From Octopus vulgaris (lineage: Eukaryota), in assembly GCA_951406725.2 (NCBI GenBank), contig OX597821.1, positions 24,242,001 through 24,306,000 on the forward strand: a stretch of DNA of 64,000 nucleotides, read 5' to 3'. The position numbers and the translations under genes were made by a program. The notes under the pieces were generated by a model that saw only the letters and a list, made by a program, of their open reading frames with translations, did not search any database and had not been told where the DNA came from. This document shows positions 40,871 through 54,365 of this stretch, in pieces. Within the stretch, counting starts at the first letter, position 1. The number at the start of each line of letters is the position of its first letter.

Positions 40871-41720
40871 GGCGCCAAGCTGGCAGAATCGTTAGCACAC
40901 CGGGCGAAAAGCTTGGTATTTCGTCTGCTACAACGTTCTGAGATCAAATTCTGCCGAGATTGACTTTTCCTTTCATCCTTTTGGGGTCAATGAATTAAGT
41001 ATCAGTTGAGTACTGGGGTCAATGTAGTCGACTATCCCTTTCTCCCCAAATATCAGGCCTTGTGCTTATAGTACAAGGGATTATTATTATTAAGGCGGCG
41101 AGTTGGAAGAATCGCTAGCACGCCAGACAAAAAGCTTAGCGGCATTTCATCTGTCTTCACATTGTGAGTTCAACTTTCATCGAGGTCGACTTTGCTTTTC
41201 ATCTTTTCAGAGTCGATAAATTAAGTACCAGTGAAACACTGGGATCGATGTAATAGACTAGTCCCCTCTCCCAAAATTTCAGGCCTTGTGCCTTTAATTA
41301 TTAAAATTATTATTGTTATTAAGGCGGCGAGCTGGCAGAAACGTTAGCACGCCGGGCGAAATGCGTAGCCGTATTTCGTCTGTCGTTACGTTCTGAGTTC
41401 AAATTCCGCCGAGGTCGACTTTGCCTTTCATCCTTTAGGGGTCGATAAATTAAGTACCAGTTACGCACTGGGGTCGATATAATCGACTTAATCCGTCTGT
41501 CTGTCCTTGTTTGTCTTCTCTGTGTTTAGCCCCTTGTGGGTAGTAAAGAAATAGGTATTTCGTCTGCCGCTACGTTCTGAGTTCAAATTCCGCCGAAGTC
41601 GACTTTGCCTTTCATCCTTTCGGGGTCGATAAATTAAGTACTAGTTGCGTACTGGGGTCGATCAAATCGACTGACCCTCTCCCACAAAATTTCGGGCCTT
41701 GTGCCTAAAGTAGAAAAGAT
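40869..41720 (+). mobile_element. tandem array of Meta-domain-like SINEs separated by (TTA)n
   Basis: Three heads AAGGCG(G/C)C(G/A)AG(C/T)TGG..GAA at ~40869, ~41092 and ~41322. Confidence 0.88.
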
Positions 41721-42599
41721 TATTGTTGTTGTTGTTGAAGTGTAGGAAAGTTACTTGATGTATTCATGGGTAATGTTGTCATGGCTGTTATTATAGTCGT
41801 TGAGTATATAATGTTTTACTTCTGGTTTTGTGATTTATATTTGAAAGAAATGTTTGCCAATTTTCCGTTTGTCTGTACTTCCCCATTTAGTTTCTTGTTA
41901 CTTAGTTTTATTTCCGTTGTATGAGTGGTTTTCTTATATCTCTATATTAGTTTGCAAGATGTTTTGTTTTTGTTTTTGGATATGTTGTTGGAGGTGAGTG
42001 GCCTAGTGGTTGAGGTGTTGCGCACACGATTGTAAGATCGTAGTTCCGATTCTCAGAATGGGCGGTGCGTTGCATTGTTGTTCTTTTGTTTATTTGTTTG
42101 TTTTTTTCATTTCACTTTGCTCAAGTCCACTCAGCCGTAAATGAATTCTAGCTATAGTTGGGAATTTAACCCTGTGAAGGATCAGCGTCCTGTTCGGGGG
42201 ATAGTCTTGTAATCGCAGTCATTTACGCGTCTGGAAACCTGGTTAATCTCCGGCCTCCATAGGGCTCACGACAGACTTTAATCTTGGGTGCATTCGTCAT
42301 TACTCAGTTCACTGCATTTCATGCAGTGTTTATATTGATGCGATGTGGTCGTGTTGAATTACCTGAACCCTAATTATGTCTCATGATGGTACAGGTTCCA
42401 GCGACCATATTTGATGTTTGTAAAATTGTTTTTCCTTTGTATATTGATGTATAAATGCGTTGTTATAATGGGGAAATTATTTGCCAGAGGATCGTAGTAC
42501 CTGAATGCATGGACCAGAAAGTGATGTATGGAGGAGGAGTAAAGGATAGCTTGGTGAAATACGTAAGTTTGGTGGTAGAGGTTGTTTATAAAGGAAGTT

Positions 42600-42898
42600 T
42601 TTGTACTATTGATAAAACTGGAACGTCATTCTCTAATGTAGCAACCATATCAGCATGAATGTCTTTGGGGACTAAACCCTTTTCTGTAGGTACTTAATTT
42701 GATAACAGTATGATGCCAAATTTCTTCTATTTTAAAGAGAAGTCGCTACCAATTACTTTTGAAGTCTTCTTTGAAGAGTCAGTCGTCAACAATGCAGTTA
42801 TTAATAAGAAGGATTGAAATTAATGCATGCAAGATTTTCCAACTCTACTCTCACTCCTCCAGAGTCAGTCTATGAACTTTTCAGCCCAGCCTCGCATA
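42600..42898 (-). mobile_element. mariner left end plus transposase N-terminal remnant
   Basis: Minus strand TIR-like CGAGGCTGGGCTGAAAAGTTCATAG; peptide KYLQK.GLVPKDIHADMVATLENDVPVLSIVQK. Confidence 0.65.
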
Positions 42899-43099
42899 GG
42901 CGTGAGAATTTCCTCTAATAAGTATTCAGAAGTGAAGGAGGGTGTTGTAAACAGATATGTAACACGATGCCTCGCCTGGTGAGGTGGTTGTTGCTGGTGG
43001 TATGAGTATATATTTCTTAGATTTAATTGGTTTTAATTTGAACGCCCACACTTCTAATTGAGTGGTCATATCATATCAATGTTCGACTGTTGTTTGTAA

Positions 43100-43345
43100 T
43101 ACAGATGTACTCATCGTAAGACTTTGATTTATTCTTTTTTGGGCCGTGGTGTTGTTGATGTTGTTTTTGGTTATTTTCCATTTTTTCATTCTCTCTCTGT
43201 TTATTTTCTTTTATCCTTTTCTGTTGAAGAGCGTAGGCTCGAAATGCAAAATACTTTTTTCCTTTTTCCTGAGCGTCAAACTAATATACTTGTTTGTTGT
43301 TCATACACTTAACTTCGTCATTTGTTTTTCTATAAATTTCAAGTA
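43100..43345 (+). repeat. short repeat with hammerhead-like motif (CUGUNGA variant); copies at 47960-48155(-) and 52945-53105(-)
   Basis: Shared CTTT-CTGTNGAA-GAGC GTAG GCTC-GAAA-CG-TW-AAAG motif. This copy has a damaged stem III. Confidence 0.55.
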
Positions 43346-43359
43346 TATACATACATACA

Positions 43360-43566
43360 TTTCAGTCATATGACTGCGGCCATGCTGGAGCACCGCCTTT
43401 AGTCGAGCAAATTAACCCCGGGATTTATTCTTTGTAAGCCTAGTACTTATTCTATCGGTCTCTTTTGCCGAACCGCTAAGTGACGGGGACGTAAACACAC
43501 CAGCATCGGTTGACAAGCAATGCTAGAGGGACAAACACACACACACACACAAACATATACACTCAT

Positions 43567-43656
<90 letters not shown>

Positions 43657-43797
43657 GACAAGCTTCTTTCAGTTTCCGTCTACCAAATCCACTCACAAGG
43701 CATTGGTCGGCCCGAGGCTATAGCAGAAGACACTTGCCCAAGATGCCACGCAGTGGGACTGAACCCGGAACCATGTGGTTGGTAAGCAAGCTACTTG
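43360..43797 (-). mobile_element. CORE-like SINE copy
   Basis: Reverse-complement match to 12180-12585. Confidence 0.88.
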
Positions 43798-44159
43798 TCA
43801 AGAAGAGATCAGAGTAGTGATTATACTAACAAGTAAATTTAATCGCCACATCAAAGTGGCTGTTCCAGGTTACTACTAGTTTAACCCCGGGCAGATCTTC
43901 TGCTAGCTGGTTATCGGTGCGGTGCTGCACCCTGTATATACAATATATATTGCTAGCAAGAAGAGCGAACCCCTACCACCCCGAGCAGACAACAGGATAC
44001 ATACATATATGTTAAGGAGGAATGGTCAAGTTGTTAAAAATAACCAGTCATTGGCTTTTAGCCATGGTCAAGTCAGCTGGGGTCCAAAATGTCACTTTTA
44101 TCATCGTCTTGTGAGAGAGTGTACGTGTGCGTATGTGCGCACAAGAAAACCTAAGACCT

Positions 44160-44545
44160 GAAAATGGAATTTGGAGACGCAGCAACACAACCCCTTTTTT
44201 TAGGGAAAGGATACTTCAACCATACTCCAGACCCAATACACCAAAAATTCCGAATGAACACACAAGACACATAGACCCCAAAATAATAAACCTATCTAAA
44301 AGAGAACTTACGAAAATGAAATGAACCTACAACTTAAAGGCCTCAAATTTACACCCACACCCACGCCAAATCTCATAGAACTAAAAACTGATACAGACAA
44401 CTTCAGCCGCCACCTCCGCCTTATGGAATTCTTTGAAAATAAAGAAACAGAAGATAACTTAATCATAAGGAAAAACTCCCATTTCGCCCCTTACAAGGGA
44501 AGTGACAAACACCTAGACGCATACATAGAGACAATCTCCATTTAG
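44160..44545 (+). mobile_element. Penelope-like element N-terminal ORF fragment
   Basis: KIINLSKRELT..LKGLKFTPTP..FSRHLRLMEFF, typical of the PLE region upstream of RT. Followed by an opposite-skew segment (44546-44800), possibly an inverted piece. Confidence 0.7.
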
Positions 44546-45239
44546 GGTGTCCAGTATTACGTGTTGGTGGTTGTTCATATTCTGTTTGTTCTCTCCAAGT
44601 GTTATAGGTTGTTGGTTGTATGCATCGTGCTCGTCTTGCTGCCTGTGTGTTTGTCTTTGTGGGGTTTGGGGTTGATGGTCGTCTTTCATATTTTGTGTGT
44701 CTGTTTATTGGGGGAGGGGGTTCAGCAGTGTAAGGAGCGGGTTTTTGGTTTGTGTTTGGTAGGGCTTATTTGGATGCCTGGGAGTCCAAAAGTTATAAGT
44801 TATAAGAATTGTAATTTTGCAATCGATATATATGTATACATATACAATCGATATATATGTATATATAGACACTCACACACATTCTCAGTTTTATATATAT
44901 AGATATATATCTTTTATCGTTTATCTTTTACTTGTATAGTGTGAGATTGGTTGATCCGCATGCGATCGAAAATGAAAATGAAATCAACCACCATAATTGT
45001 TTCAGTCATTCGACATCGGCTATGCTGGGACACTGCCACGAAAAGTTTAAGTCGAACGAATCGACACTAGTTCTTATTTTCAAGCCTGTTACTTCTTCTC
45101 TCGGTCTTTGTTGTCGAACTGCTATTTTTACAGGGACGTAAATGAGCCAACGCTTCTTACCAAGCGGCGTTAGGAGAAAAGCACAAACACCAAGAGACAA
45201 TACATACATATATAAGTACCAAAGTAAGTAAAAAAAAAA

Positions 45240-48200
45240 AGAACCAGATACGGTATTAAAAGCTGTTAACGAAATTGGTGAGGAATATTTACTGCAGTGT
45301 AATGAACCTTCATTCTGGCAGATTAACGCTTGTCTATATGCCTTGTCTACTACTGCGAAGCAGTACATGAACGACATTCAAAAAGTAAACAAAACCGAAA
45401 CAAGAAAGAAAGTACCATCATGGGTTTTGAAGACAGAGAAAAACATAGCTGATTTATGGGAGGCCATCAGCCGTGTGATGATGCTTATTGCATGCAAACA
45501 AGCAAATCACTATACGTCTGACCAACAAAAAAAATGAAGAAGGAGATACAAGTGATTTTGGAGATAGCAAAAAGAAAACACTCACTTGCAAACTGATCAC
45601 TTTTAGGCAGGAGCTAAAAGCTGTCAGTGAGAGATTCCGATATCAGAAGAGAATAGCCAAGAGAAAAACAATGAACAAAAAAGTGAATTGGAACCAGGCA
45701 GCAGTATACAGAGACATGAGAGGAGAAGCAGTGAACATCACAAAAAAAACTTCTACACGAGAAGATATAGCCTCCTTCTGAAGAAAAATCTGGAGTGAAG
45801 AGGAATTTAAAGTAGGTGCTCTGTGGCTGGGAGAAATTCGAAGAAAATATTGTGCCTGTATTACACCCAAGACATACAGCATTGGTGGTGATACCATTGT
45901 AACTGTGATCCAGAAACTTCAGGATGGAAAAACACCTGGGAAGGGATTTGATTTTTGTATATTGTTACAAGAAGCTAACCTTCTACCGACTATATCTTAT
46001 CAACCTATACCAGCAAGCTCTCATTGGGAGCAGTAGCATACCACATTGGTTAGCTCTGGCAGAGACATGACTGATCCCCAAATGCAAGACTACCCACATG
46101 GCAAAAAAAAAACTACCGGCCAACTGTATGCCAGAAATTAATGTATACATTATATACAACGTGTTTAAACCTCTTCCTCCAAGACCACTGTGAAAGCAAT
46201 AACATCATCACAGCAGAACAAGCAGCTGGGAAGAAGGGAGTCTGAGGATGTGCAGTGAAATCTTTATATGTAAAAGTGAGGTTGTGTGCTGTCTGTCTCC
46301 TACGATTTAGATTCCTAACTACTCCCACATTTTGCGGTGCAGTTTAACCAAAACCGGGTATCTTATAGTCGTGATTTATATCGAGCCTTTCTGGGTATTA
46401 GCGCGCGTCTACGATGAGTCTACGATTTTAAAAAGAATTTACCATCAATTTTTCCCATTTTTAATGCATTTTTGGCATATATAAGGGAAGTAACTCTCTA
46501 AAAATTTATTATTAAATCTCAGAACGTAAAACGCTACAGTAACACCCCCCCCCTTTGTGGTTAGCCATATTGAGATGGCTATTATACTTTACATCTCTAA
46601 AAATACTTATATAGTTATTTCCCTTACAAACCCGAGCAACGCCGGGCGATACTGCTAGTTGTTAATAAACAAAACTGTAATGTTAGAGGTGCGGGAGCAT
46701 ATAAAGAACCTAGTTTCAATGTGGCTAGACTACAAGAAAGCCTTTGATTCTGTTCCCACTTATGGATGCTAGAAGCCCTTCAACTTGCTAAAGTTCCAGT
46801 GAACTTTGTCAAAGCCATAGCTGACCTGACTTCATCGTGGATCACCATCTTGAAATTAAACACAAGAAGTAATTGTATTATCACTGATAGAATACTGTAT
46901 CGCAGAGGCATATTCCCAGGGGACAGCCTCTTTGTGATATTGTTTATACTTTCTGTAAACCCCTTATCATTCATGTTAAGGAAGTCTGAAGGATATGTCA
47001 ATGGTTCACAAAGAAACAGAAATAATAAAATTACACACTGTTTCTTTGTGGATGACTTGAAACTGTATGCAAAGGATATGCATCAGATGAAAAAGATCCT
47101 TGACTTAGTTACAACATTCCCAAAGAATAAATGGCTAGAATTTGGTCAGGGGAAATGTTGCTATATGGCTATTAAAAGAGGGAAAACTGTAAACCAAACT
47201 AGCAACATCTCCATCAATGATTTAACAGCTTCCCCTATATCTAACAAGAAATGTTATAGGTATCTTACAATAGCATCTGTAACAAAACATGAGTCACTAA
47301 AGAATATCACAACCAAATAAAGAAAATCTGGACATCGGGATACTCTCTGCATTTGATGTGAAAACCCAGAAGATACTAACCAGTAGAGATAATTTCCACA
47401 TAAACAGACCGCTTCTACCTAAAATGAAAGCATGGTGGCAGAGGCTTAACACCGATTCAAAATGCCTTTGAATATCGTATCCCTTCGGCAACATCTTTTA
47501 ACTACCAAATGTCGAAGTGGGTCTCTTGACCAAATTTGCATTACATGAGGCTGATAACATCATAAGAGTTGGAAGGCAGCTCCTTGAACAACATTCTTTG
47601 TCTGATAACCTAGAATACATGTCCAAAGAAGTCACATGACTCTACTGCAATGTATCATCAGATGAAAGGATGAGTGTATATGATTACAAGTTCAGGTTTA
47701 TACCTGTAATTATTGGGGCACTGGAATATGTAACACACTGCCTAAATACCAATCTTGAGAAACTAGGCTTCTCAAAACCAGAAAGGAGAAAGCTGATTCG
47801 AATACTACAAATCCGAGCCATCACTGGAACTGTAAAAATCTGTAAAGCTTTCCAGAAGTTTATCCTTTAAGTATATATGAGCATGTTTAGATATGCAAGT
47901 ATATGCATGGGAAGACATACATAAAATAAAACAAACAAATCTGCACGTTTACATACATACATAGTGAGAATTTACGAAAAAACAAAAAACAAAAGACGAA
48001 GACGGGTGTGTAAACAACAAACAGATGTATTAGTTTAACGCTCAGGAAGTGTGAAAGTCTTTTACGTTTCGAACCTACGCTCTTCGACAGAAAGGAACAC
48101 AGAAATAAACAGGGAGAGAAAATAAAAAGGTTTAGTGGCTAGCAACCTATCATGGCGATGTACATACATACATACATACATACATACATACATACATACA

Positions 48201-48352
48201 TACATACATACATACATACATACATACATACATACGTACGTACGTACACAAATACCCTGTTGATGTTGAAATTTCAATGAAGGGGTATTGGATCTAGGTT
48301 AGAAACCGGCTCTTTCTCTATTGATAAGAAATCTTGAAATAAGACTGAATAA
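45240..48352 (+). mobile_element. second R4/Dong-like LINE family (RT plus RLE tail, decayed) with (CATA)n in the 3' UTR
   Basis: WLDYKKAFDSVP, RGIFPGDSL, HCFFVDDLKLY, FIPVIIGALEYV. Interrupted by a Helitron and a hammerhead repeat. 3' ends recur at 48950-49280(-) and 59540-59985(+). Confidence 0.85.
46261..46658 (+). mobile_element. non-autonomous Helitron, 398 bp, intact ends
   Basis: 5' TC, 3' hairpin CCCGAGCAACGCCGGG and CTAG end. Inserted between A and T without TSD, splitting the LINE reading frame (..GCAVK|LLINKTVMLEV). Confidence 0.9.
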
Positions 48353-48483
48353 TGACATACACACATACATGCATGCATACATAAATATATGCACACTGCC
48401 TCCACAAAGACACAGACACACACGCACAAAGATACACACTCTCTCTCACATACACATACACAAATACACACACACTTTCTCTT

Positions 48484-48521
<38 letters not shown>

Positions 48522-49461
48522 GTATATTACAGACTTTCAGTTCCCCTCTACCAAATTCACTTACAGGGCTTTGGTCGACCCGTGACCTATATTACAAGAC
48601 ACTTGCCTAAGTTTAGCCCCAGGTGAATCCTGGTCCAGTAAACATGGCCAAAAATAGTCCAATTTTGGCCACCTATTGTTTCTATTGTTCTAGGATCATA
48701 TTATCTAAAGTATTCTTTCTTTTTCAAGACACTAATATGTTTTTGTTTTTTTTTCAAGGAAATTTGGCTGTTATTTTTGAGTTAGTGTAGACAATTTTGT
48801 TTGGATTCAGGTTGGGTCTGATCGAGTAAATATATGACCAAAGGCGGTCTAGTCACGACTATCTCCTCTCATGTTCGGATGTTTTGGTACTAGTGATGGT
48901 TAGGACAAAAGGAAAAACGGATTCAGAGAGAAACTGAGATATTTATGTCATCATTCAGTTTCATTTCAAGATTTCTTACCAATAGAGAAAGAACCGGTTT
49001 CTAACCTTCATTTTAGCCTCCTTCGTTGGAATTTCAACAATATCAACTATATATGTACGTATATATATGCGCAGATTTGCATGTTCTGTTTTATGTATGT
49101 ATTCCCATGCATATATTTGTATATCTAGACATGCTCATATATATTTAAGTGATAAACTTGTGGAAAATTTTTACAAACTTTTACAGTTCCAGTGATGACT
49201 TGGATCTGTAGTCTCCTGTCTATTTTTGAGAAACCCAATTTATGAAGATTGGAATTTAGGTAGCGTGTTACATATCCTACTATGTATGTATGTATGTATG
49301 TATGTATGTATGTATGTATGTATGTATGTATGTATGTATGTATGTATGTGTGTGTGTATGTATGTATGTATGTATGTATGTATGTATGTATGTATGTATG
49401 TATGTATGTATGTATGTTTGTATGTATATATATATATAATGTATATGTGGTAGCACGGCAT

Positions 49462-49489
<28 letters not shown>

Positions 49490-49498
<9 letters not shown>

Positions 49499-49776
49499 CA
49501 TGCGCAGGCTGCAATAGGCAGTATATAGGCCATACAAAAAATAGCTTACGTAACAGGATGGCGGTGCATAAATCACAAATTAGAAACCCTGATTACCGCA
49601 AAATACCGGTCAGCAGACACATAGATAGATGTGCTGGAAATGTAAATCCGAAATTTACAACTAACCCGCTCTATAAATTCAGTGACAACGCAACCTTCAC
49701 ACAACGCCAAAATAAAGAACTATATTTCATAAAAAAATTTAGACCAAGTTTAGACACCCTGGGCCAGGAATACTAA
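49490..49776 (+). mobile_element. Penelope-like element C-terminal GIY-YIG endonuclease fragment (Neptune-like CxxC)
   Basis: YITCAGCNRQYIGHTKNSLRNRMAVHKSQI...VSRHI..ELYFIKKFRPSL, ending at stop 49776. Confidence 0.88.
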
Positions 49777-49939
49777 AACAAAAGATAAGTCCTCCGAAAA
49801 GGAGAAGCAAAATTCCACCACGGCCGCTACTTTAAACAGACACTCGCTCTGACGGAAATATGCCTTAGTAAAAAGGAAAAAAATTCTTTCGTGCAAATCT
49901 GACCCTGATACATACGATACAGTTAAGGGTCAGACCCGA

Positions 49940-50395
49940 TTCTGATTGGTCAACAAGTTGATGACGTCTAGCTCTGCTAGAATAGACAGGATACACACAG
50001 GGGACAGTCATTAGTCAGAATATTGATGACGTCCTTTTCTGCTTGACTAGTCACCTAACAAGTACAGACAGGGGGCAGATCTAATGTAGCTATAAGTCGT
50101 GATTGGGCAGAATCTGGATGACGTCCCGTTCTGCTTGACTAACGAAGCGACTGGTCAAAACAGGAAACAAACAAGAGGCAGTTATAATGCAGCGATTGGT
50201 CAAAATAATGATGACGTCCCGTTCTGCTTGACTAAATCCACCTAACGAAACGATTGGTCAAAACGTTGATGACGTCACGCTACGCTGGATTGACCACCTA
50301 ACAGGCATTATAAAACCGAGCACTTCACAAAACACACTAGAACCACCCAGCGAACATCCACCATGGGTCATCACAATTGCTTAAGGTAAAAATGA
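49940..50395 (+). promoter_or_regulatory. PLE pLTR Pol II promoter-like module: five ATT(G/A)G-N12-TGACGTC units, TATA box, Kozak ATG, splice donor
   Basis: ATTGG/ATTAG at 49945, 50010, 50102, 50195, 50253, each 12 nt before TGACGTC. TATAAAA 50309-15, CCACCATGG (ATG 50363), AAG|GTAAAA 50386. Confidence 0.6.
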
Positions 50396-50653
50396 ATTCC
50401 TCGCTCTTTCGGAAACATCAATCTTCTGTATTGACCGCTTTCCACCACTTTGATCTGTTTTTTGTATTGAATACGTATCGCCACCGTGGGCCACTGCATC
50501 GAACACTTTGAACATATACTTCAAACTATATATCAACTATACATGAACTATACATCAACTATACATGAACTCTAAGATGTCTGACTCCGTTGTGTATTAT
50601 AGATGAATTTCTTGTGTTTGACGGCATGAGCTGTCTTTTTTTATATATAACTT

Positions 50654-50695
50654 TTTTTTGATAAGGTTCATTTCAGGAACTGAAACATGTTATAA
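50654..50695 (+). ncRNA. minimal hammerhead-like motif (U3-A8 core) in the pLTR
   Basis: TTGATAA-GGTTC ATTTCAG GAACT-GAAA-CATG-TT. Palindromic stem III; weak stem I. Confidence 0.5.
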
Positions 50696-50779
50696 TGTAT
50701 ATATAAAAATTAAAAATTGTATAATACAGCAGCATTTTCGAACTTCATTTTTTACAAATATATATATATATATATATAT

Positions 50780-51780
50780 TTATTTACCAAAATTACATTA
50801 AAATATCTTGAAATAAGTAAATTTATTCAACCACGGCCTCCAGACGACTTCGGAATCTTCTGCAACTCTTCTGGTCGGCCTCTTTTATTTAAGTCGGTGA
50901 ATGCTACCATAATCCTTGCGTTCAGTTCATCTTTGGTATGACAAGGAGTTTTCTTGGTTTCTCACTAAACTGCGCCCCACACATAATAATCTAGGTGGTC
51001 GCAGTCTGGGGAGTTAGGTGGCCAGATGTTAGGGGTGGTGCGGTCGCAGAAATTGTCTGATAGCCATGACTGGGTTCCTCTGCTTGTGTGACATGGTGCA
51101 GAGTCCCGTTGCTAGACATAGGGTCTTGATCCACTGCAGCACTACTTCCTCCAGGCACTTGATGTAGGCTTTCGTGTTGGGTCTGAGGCCGTGTGGGATG
51201 ATGAATGGAGGCATAACGTTGCCATCACTAGTGAACACTTCAAAGATCATGATGTTGACTGGTTGGTAATTTTTATCACTCTCGGTACATATTTTGGGGG
51301 TACGGCATGCCAACGTTCTTCTGTGTGTTCATCATCTGATCCTGGCAGAAATTTTCCTCGTCTGAGAAAAACCAAAGCATGTTCGGTTGGAGGGGATGCT
51401 TGAGTTTGTTCAAAAGCGTCGTAGCTCGGTCTTTCCTCTTATCCTTGATGACGTGGAATTAAAACTGGCTCTTTCTCATCTTGTATGAGAAATACCGAAT
51501 GTCTTCATGCCGTACCTTCGCAATCACCATTAGACTTATCCAACTCTTTCCGAATCCTCTGCACTGTCCTCAGATTGATAACCAAACACTCTGAAATGTT
51601 CGTATTGGAGCTTCAGGCGCGAATGCCAAGCAGTACAGCATGTCGTTTCCCAATTTCTGGCAGAGTGAATTGCGTCATGGTGCTATTTCTCTCACAGACG
51701 GTGCCCAACTGATCCTACATATTATGTAGTCGACAAAATCAAAAACAAACAATGGCGAAAATTTATCTATCGCACTATGG
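50780..51780 (-). mobile_element. Tc1/mariner (DD37D-like) transposon remnant
   Basis: Minus-strand motifs FSDEENFCQD, QRDSAPCHT..NIWPPNSPDC..DYYVWGAV, with frameshifts. Confidence 0.8.
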
Positions 51781-52444
<664 letters not shown>

Positions 52445-52577
52445 TATATATATATATTGTCACGATGAGGATACTCAAATCTCTTATAGGGATATTTTAT
52501 CCACGATACACTGGTTTGATATATTAGAGATATTTCTTCAATGAATATTAATATAGAAAAAAAAAGAGGAATCTATT

Positions 52578-52865
52578 GGATACAAATTAATTATTAATTA
52601 ACATATTCACCTACTATTGTTTCATTTCCCAAATAAAATTAAAATTACAAAACATATATAAATATATAATTTTGCATTTTGAATATCTTGTATGGAAAAA
52701 TCATCAGGATGTAGAAAGGACAATATACGGATTACTTTAAGATACGTTTAGGATACTCAGAATATATTTAATTATATATTCATGATTTGTAATTTTAATT
52801 TTGTTTGTGAAATGAAACAGTTGTAGGTGAATACGTTAATTAATTAATAAATAAATTTATATCCC
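52578..52865. repeat. inverted ~75-bp repeat with a hammerhead motif (long stem II) on the minus strand
   Basis: Minus 52608-52711: CATC-CTGATGA-TTTTTCCA...TGGGAAAT-GAAA-CAATAG-TA-GGTG. The mirror half GAAATGAAACAGTTGTAGGTG is on plus at ~52809. Confidence 0.6.
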
Positions 52866-52903
52866 TTAGATCATTCTTTCTGTTTTCTAACTCGATAATG
52901 TAA

Positions 52904-52935
<32 letters not shown>

Positions 52936-53115
52936 GTATGTATATATAGGGGGAGAATTCACGAAAAAAAAAACAAAAGACGAAGACATGTGTTATAGAA
53001 AACAAACATGTATTAGTATAACGCTCGGGAATTGAAAAAGTCTTTAACGTTTCGAGCCTACGCTGTTCCACAGAAAGGAATACAAAAAGAAACAAGGAGA
53101 GAAATATACACTACT

Positions 53116-54137
53116 GCAGGAGTGGCTGTGTGGTAAGTAGCTTGCTTACCAAGCACATGGTTCTAGGTTCACCTTGGGCAAGTGTCTTCTACTATAGCCT
53201 CGGGCCGATCAAAGTTTTGTGAGTGAATTTGGTAGACGGAAACTGAAAGAAGCCCATCGTATATATATATAGGCACAGGAGTGGCTGTGTGGTAAGTAAC
53301 TTGCTTACCAGCCACATGGTTCCGGATTCAGTCCCACAGCGTGGCACCTTGGGCAAGTGTCTTCTACTATAGCCTCGGGCCGACCATAGCCTTGTGAGAG
53401 GATTTGGTAGACGGAAACTGAAAGAAGCCCGTCGTATATATGTATATGTATATATATATATGTGTGTGTGTTTGTGTGTCTGTGTTTGTCTCCCTCCAGC
53501 ATCGCTTGATAACCGATGCTGGTGTGTTTGCGTCCCCGTAACTTAGCGGTTCGGCAAAAGTGACCGATAGAATAAGTACTAGGCTTACAAAGAATAAGTC
53601 CTGGGGGGATCGATTTGCTCGACTAAAGGCAGTGCTCCAGCATGGCCGTAGTGAAAATGACTGAAACAAGTAAAGGAGATATGTGTGTGTGTGTGTGTGT
53701 GTGTATGTGTGTGTGTGTGTGTGTCTATGTTTGTCCCCCAGTATCGTTTGATAAACAATAGTGGCGTGTCTACGTCCCCGTAACTTAGCGGTTCTGCAAA
53801 GAGATCGATATAATAAATACTAAGCTTACAAAGAATAAATCCTGGGGTCGATTTGTTCAACTGAAGCCGGTTCTCCAGCATGGCCGTAGTCAAATGACTG
53901 AAATAAATAAAAGAATATGTATGTGTTGGTGTGTTTACGTCCGTAACTTAGCGGTTCAGCAAAAGTGTACTGGGCTTTAAGAAAAAGAAAAAAAGTAAGT
54001 ACTGGGGTCGATTCATTCGATTAAAGCAGAAGTTTCTCCATGGCGGTGCCCCAGCATGGCCGCAGTCTAATGACTGAAACAAGTAAAAGATGTATACACA
54101 TACGAGTATCTATATCTTTCTGTGTCTCGTATATATG

Positions 54138-54174
<37 letters not shown>

Positions 54175-54365
54175 TTGTCCCCCTAGCATTGCTTGGCAAC
54201 CGATGCTGGTGTGTTTACGTCCCCGTCACTTAGCGGTTCGGCAAAAGTTACTAGGCTTACAAAGAGTAAGTCCTGGGGGGATCGATTATCTCGACTAAAG
54301 GCGGTGCTCCAGCATGGCCGTAGTGAAAATGAGTGAAGCAAGTAAAGGAGAAAAGAGTAAAGAGA
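53116..54365 (+). mobile_element. tandem cluster of CORE-like SINE copies and tails
   Basis: At least five head or tail segments matching 12180-12585. Confidence 0.85.

Noticed and set aside
49780-49940. Possible SECIS hairpin after the PLE ORF (TCTGACCCT/AGGGTCAGA stem)
   Set aside because: No AUGA/GA quartet with an apical AA, and no in-frame UGA in the visible ORF.
49940-50290. Regularly recurring ~27-bp motif with variable spacers (CRISPR-like appearance)
   Set aside because: Eukaryotic context, no cas genes, and the spacers are homologous to each other. It is a diverged tandem repeat in a pLTR.
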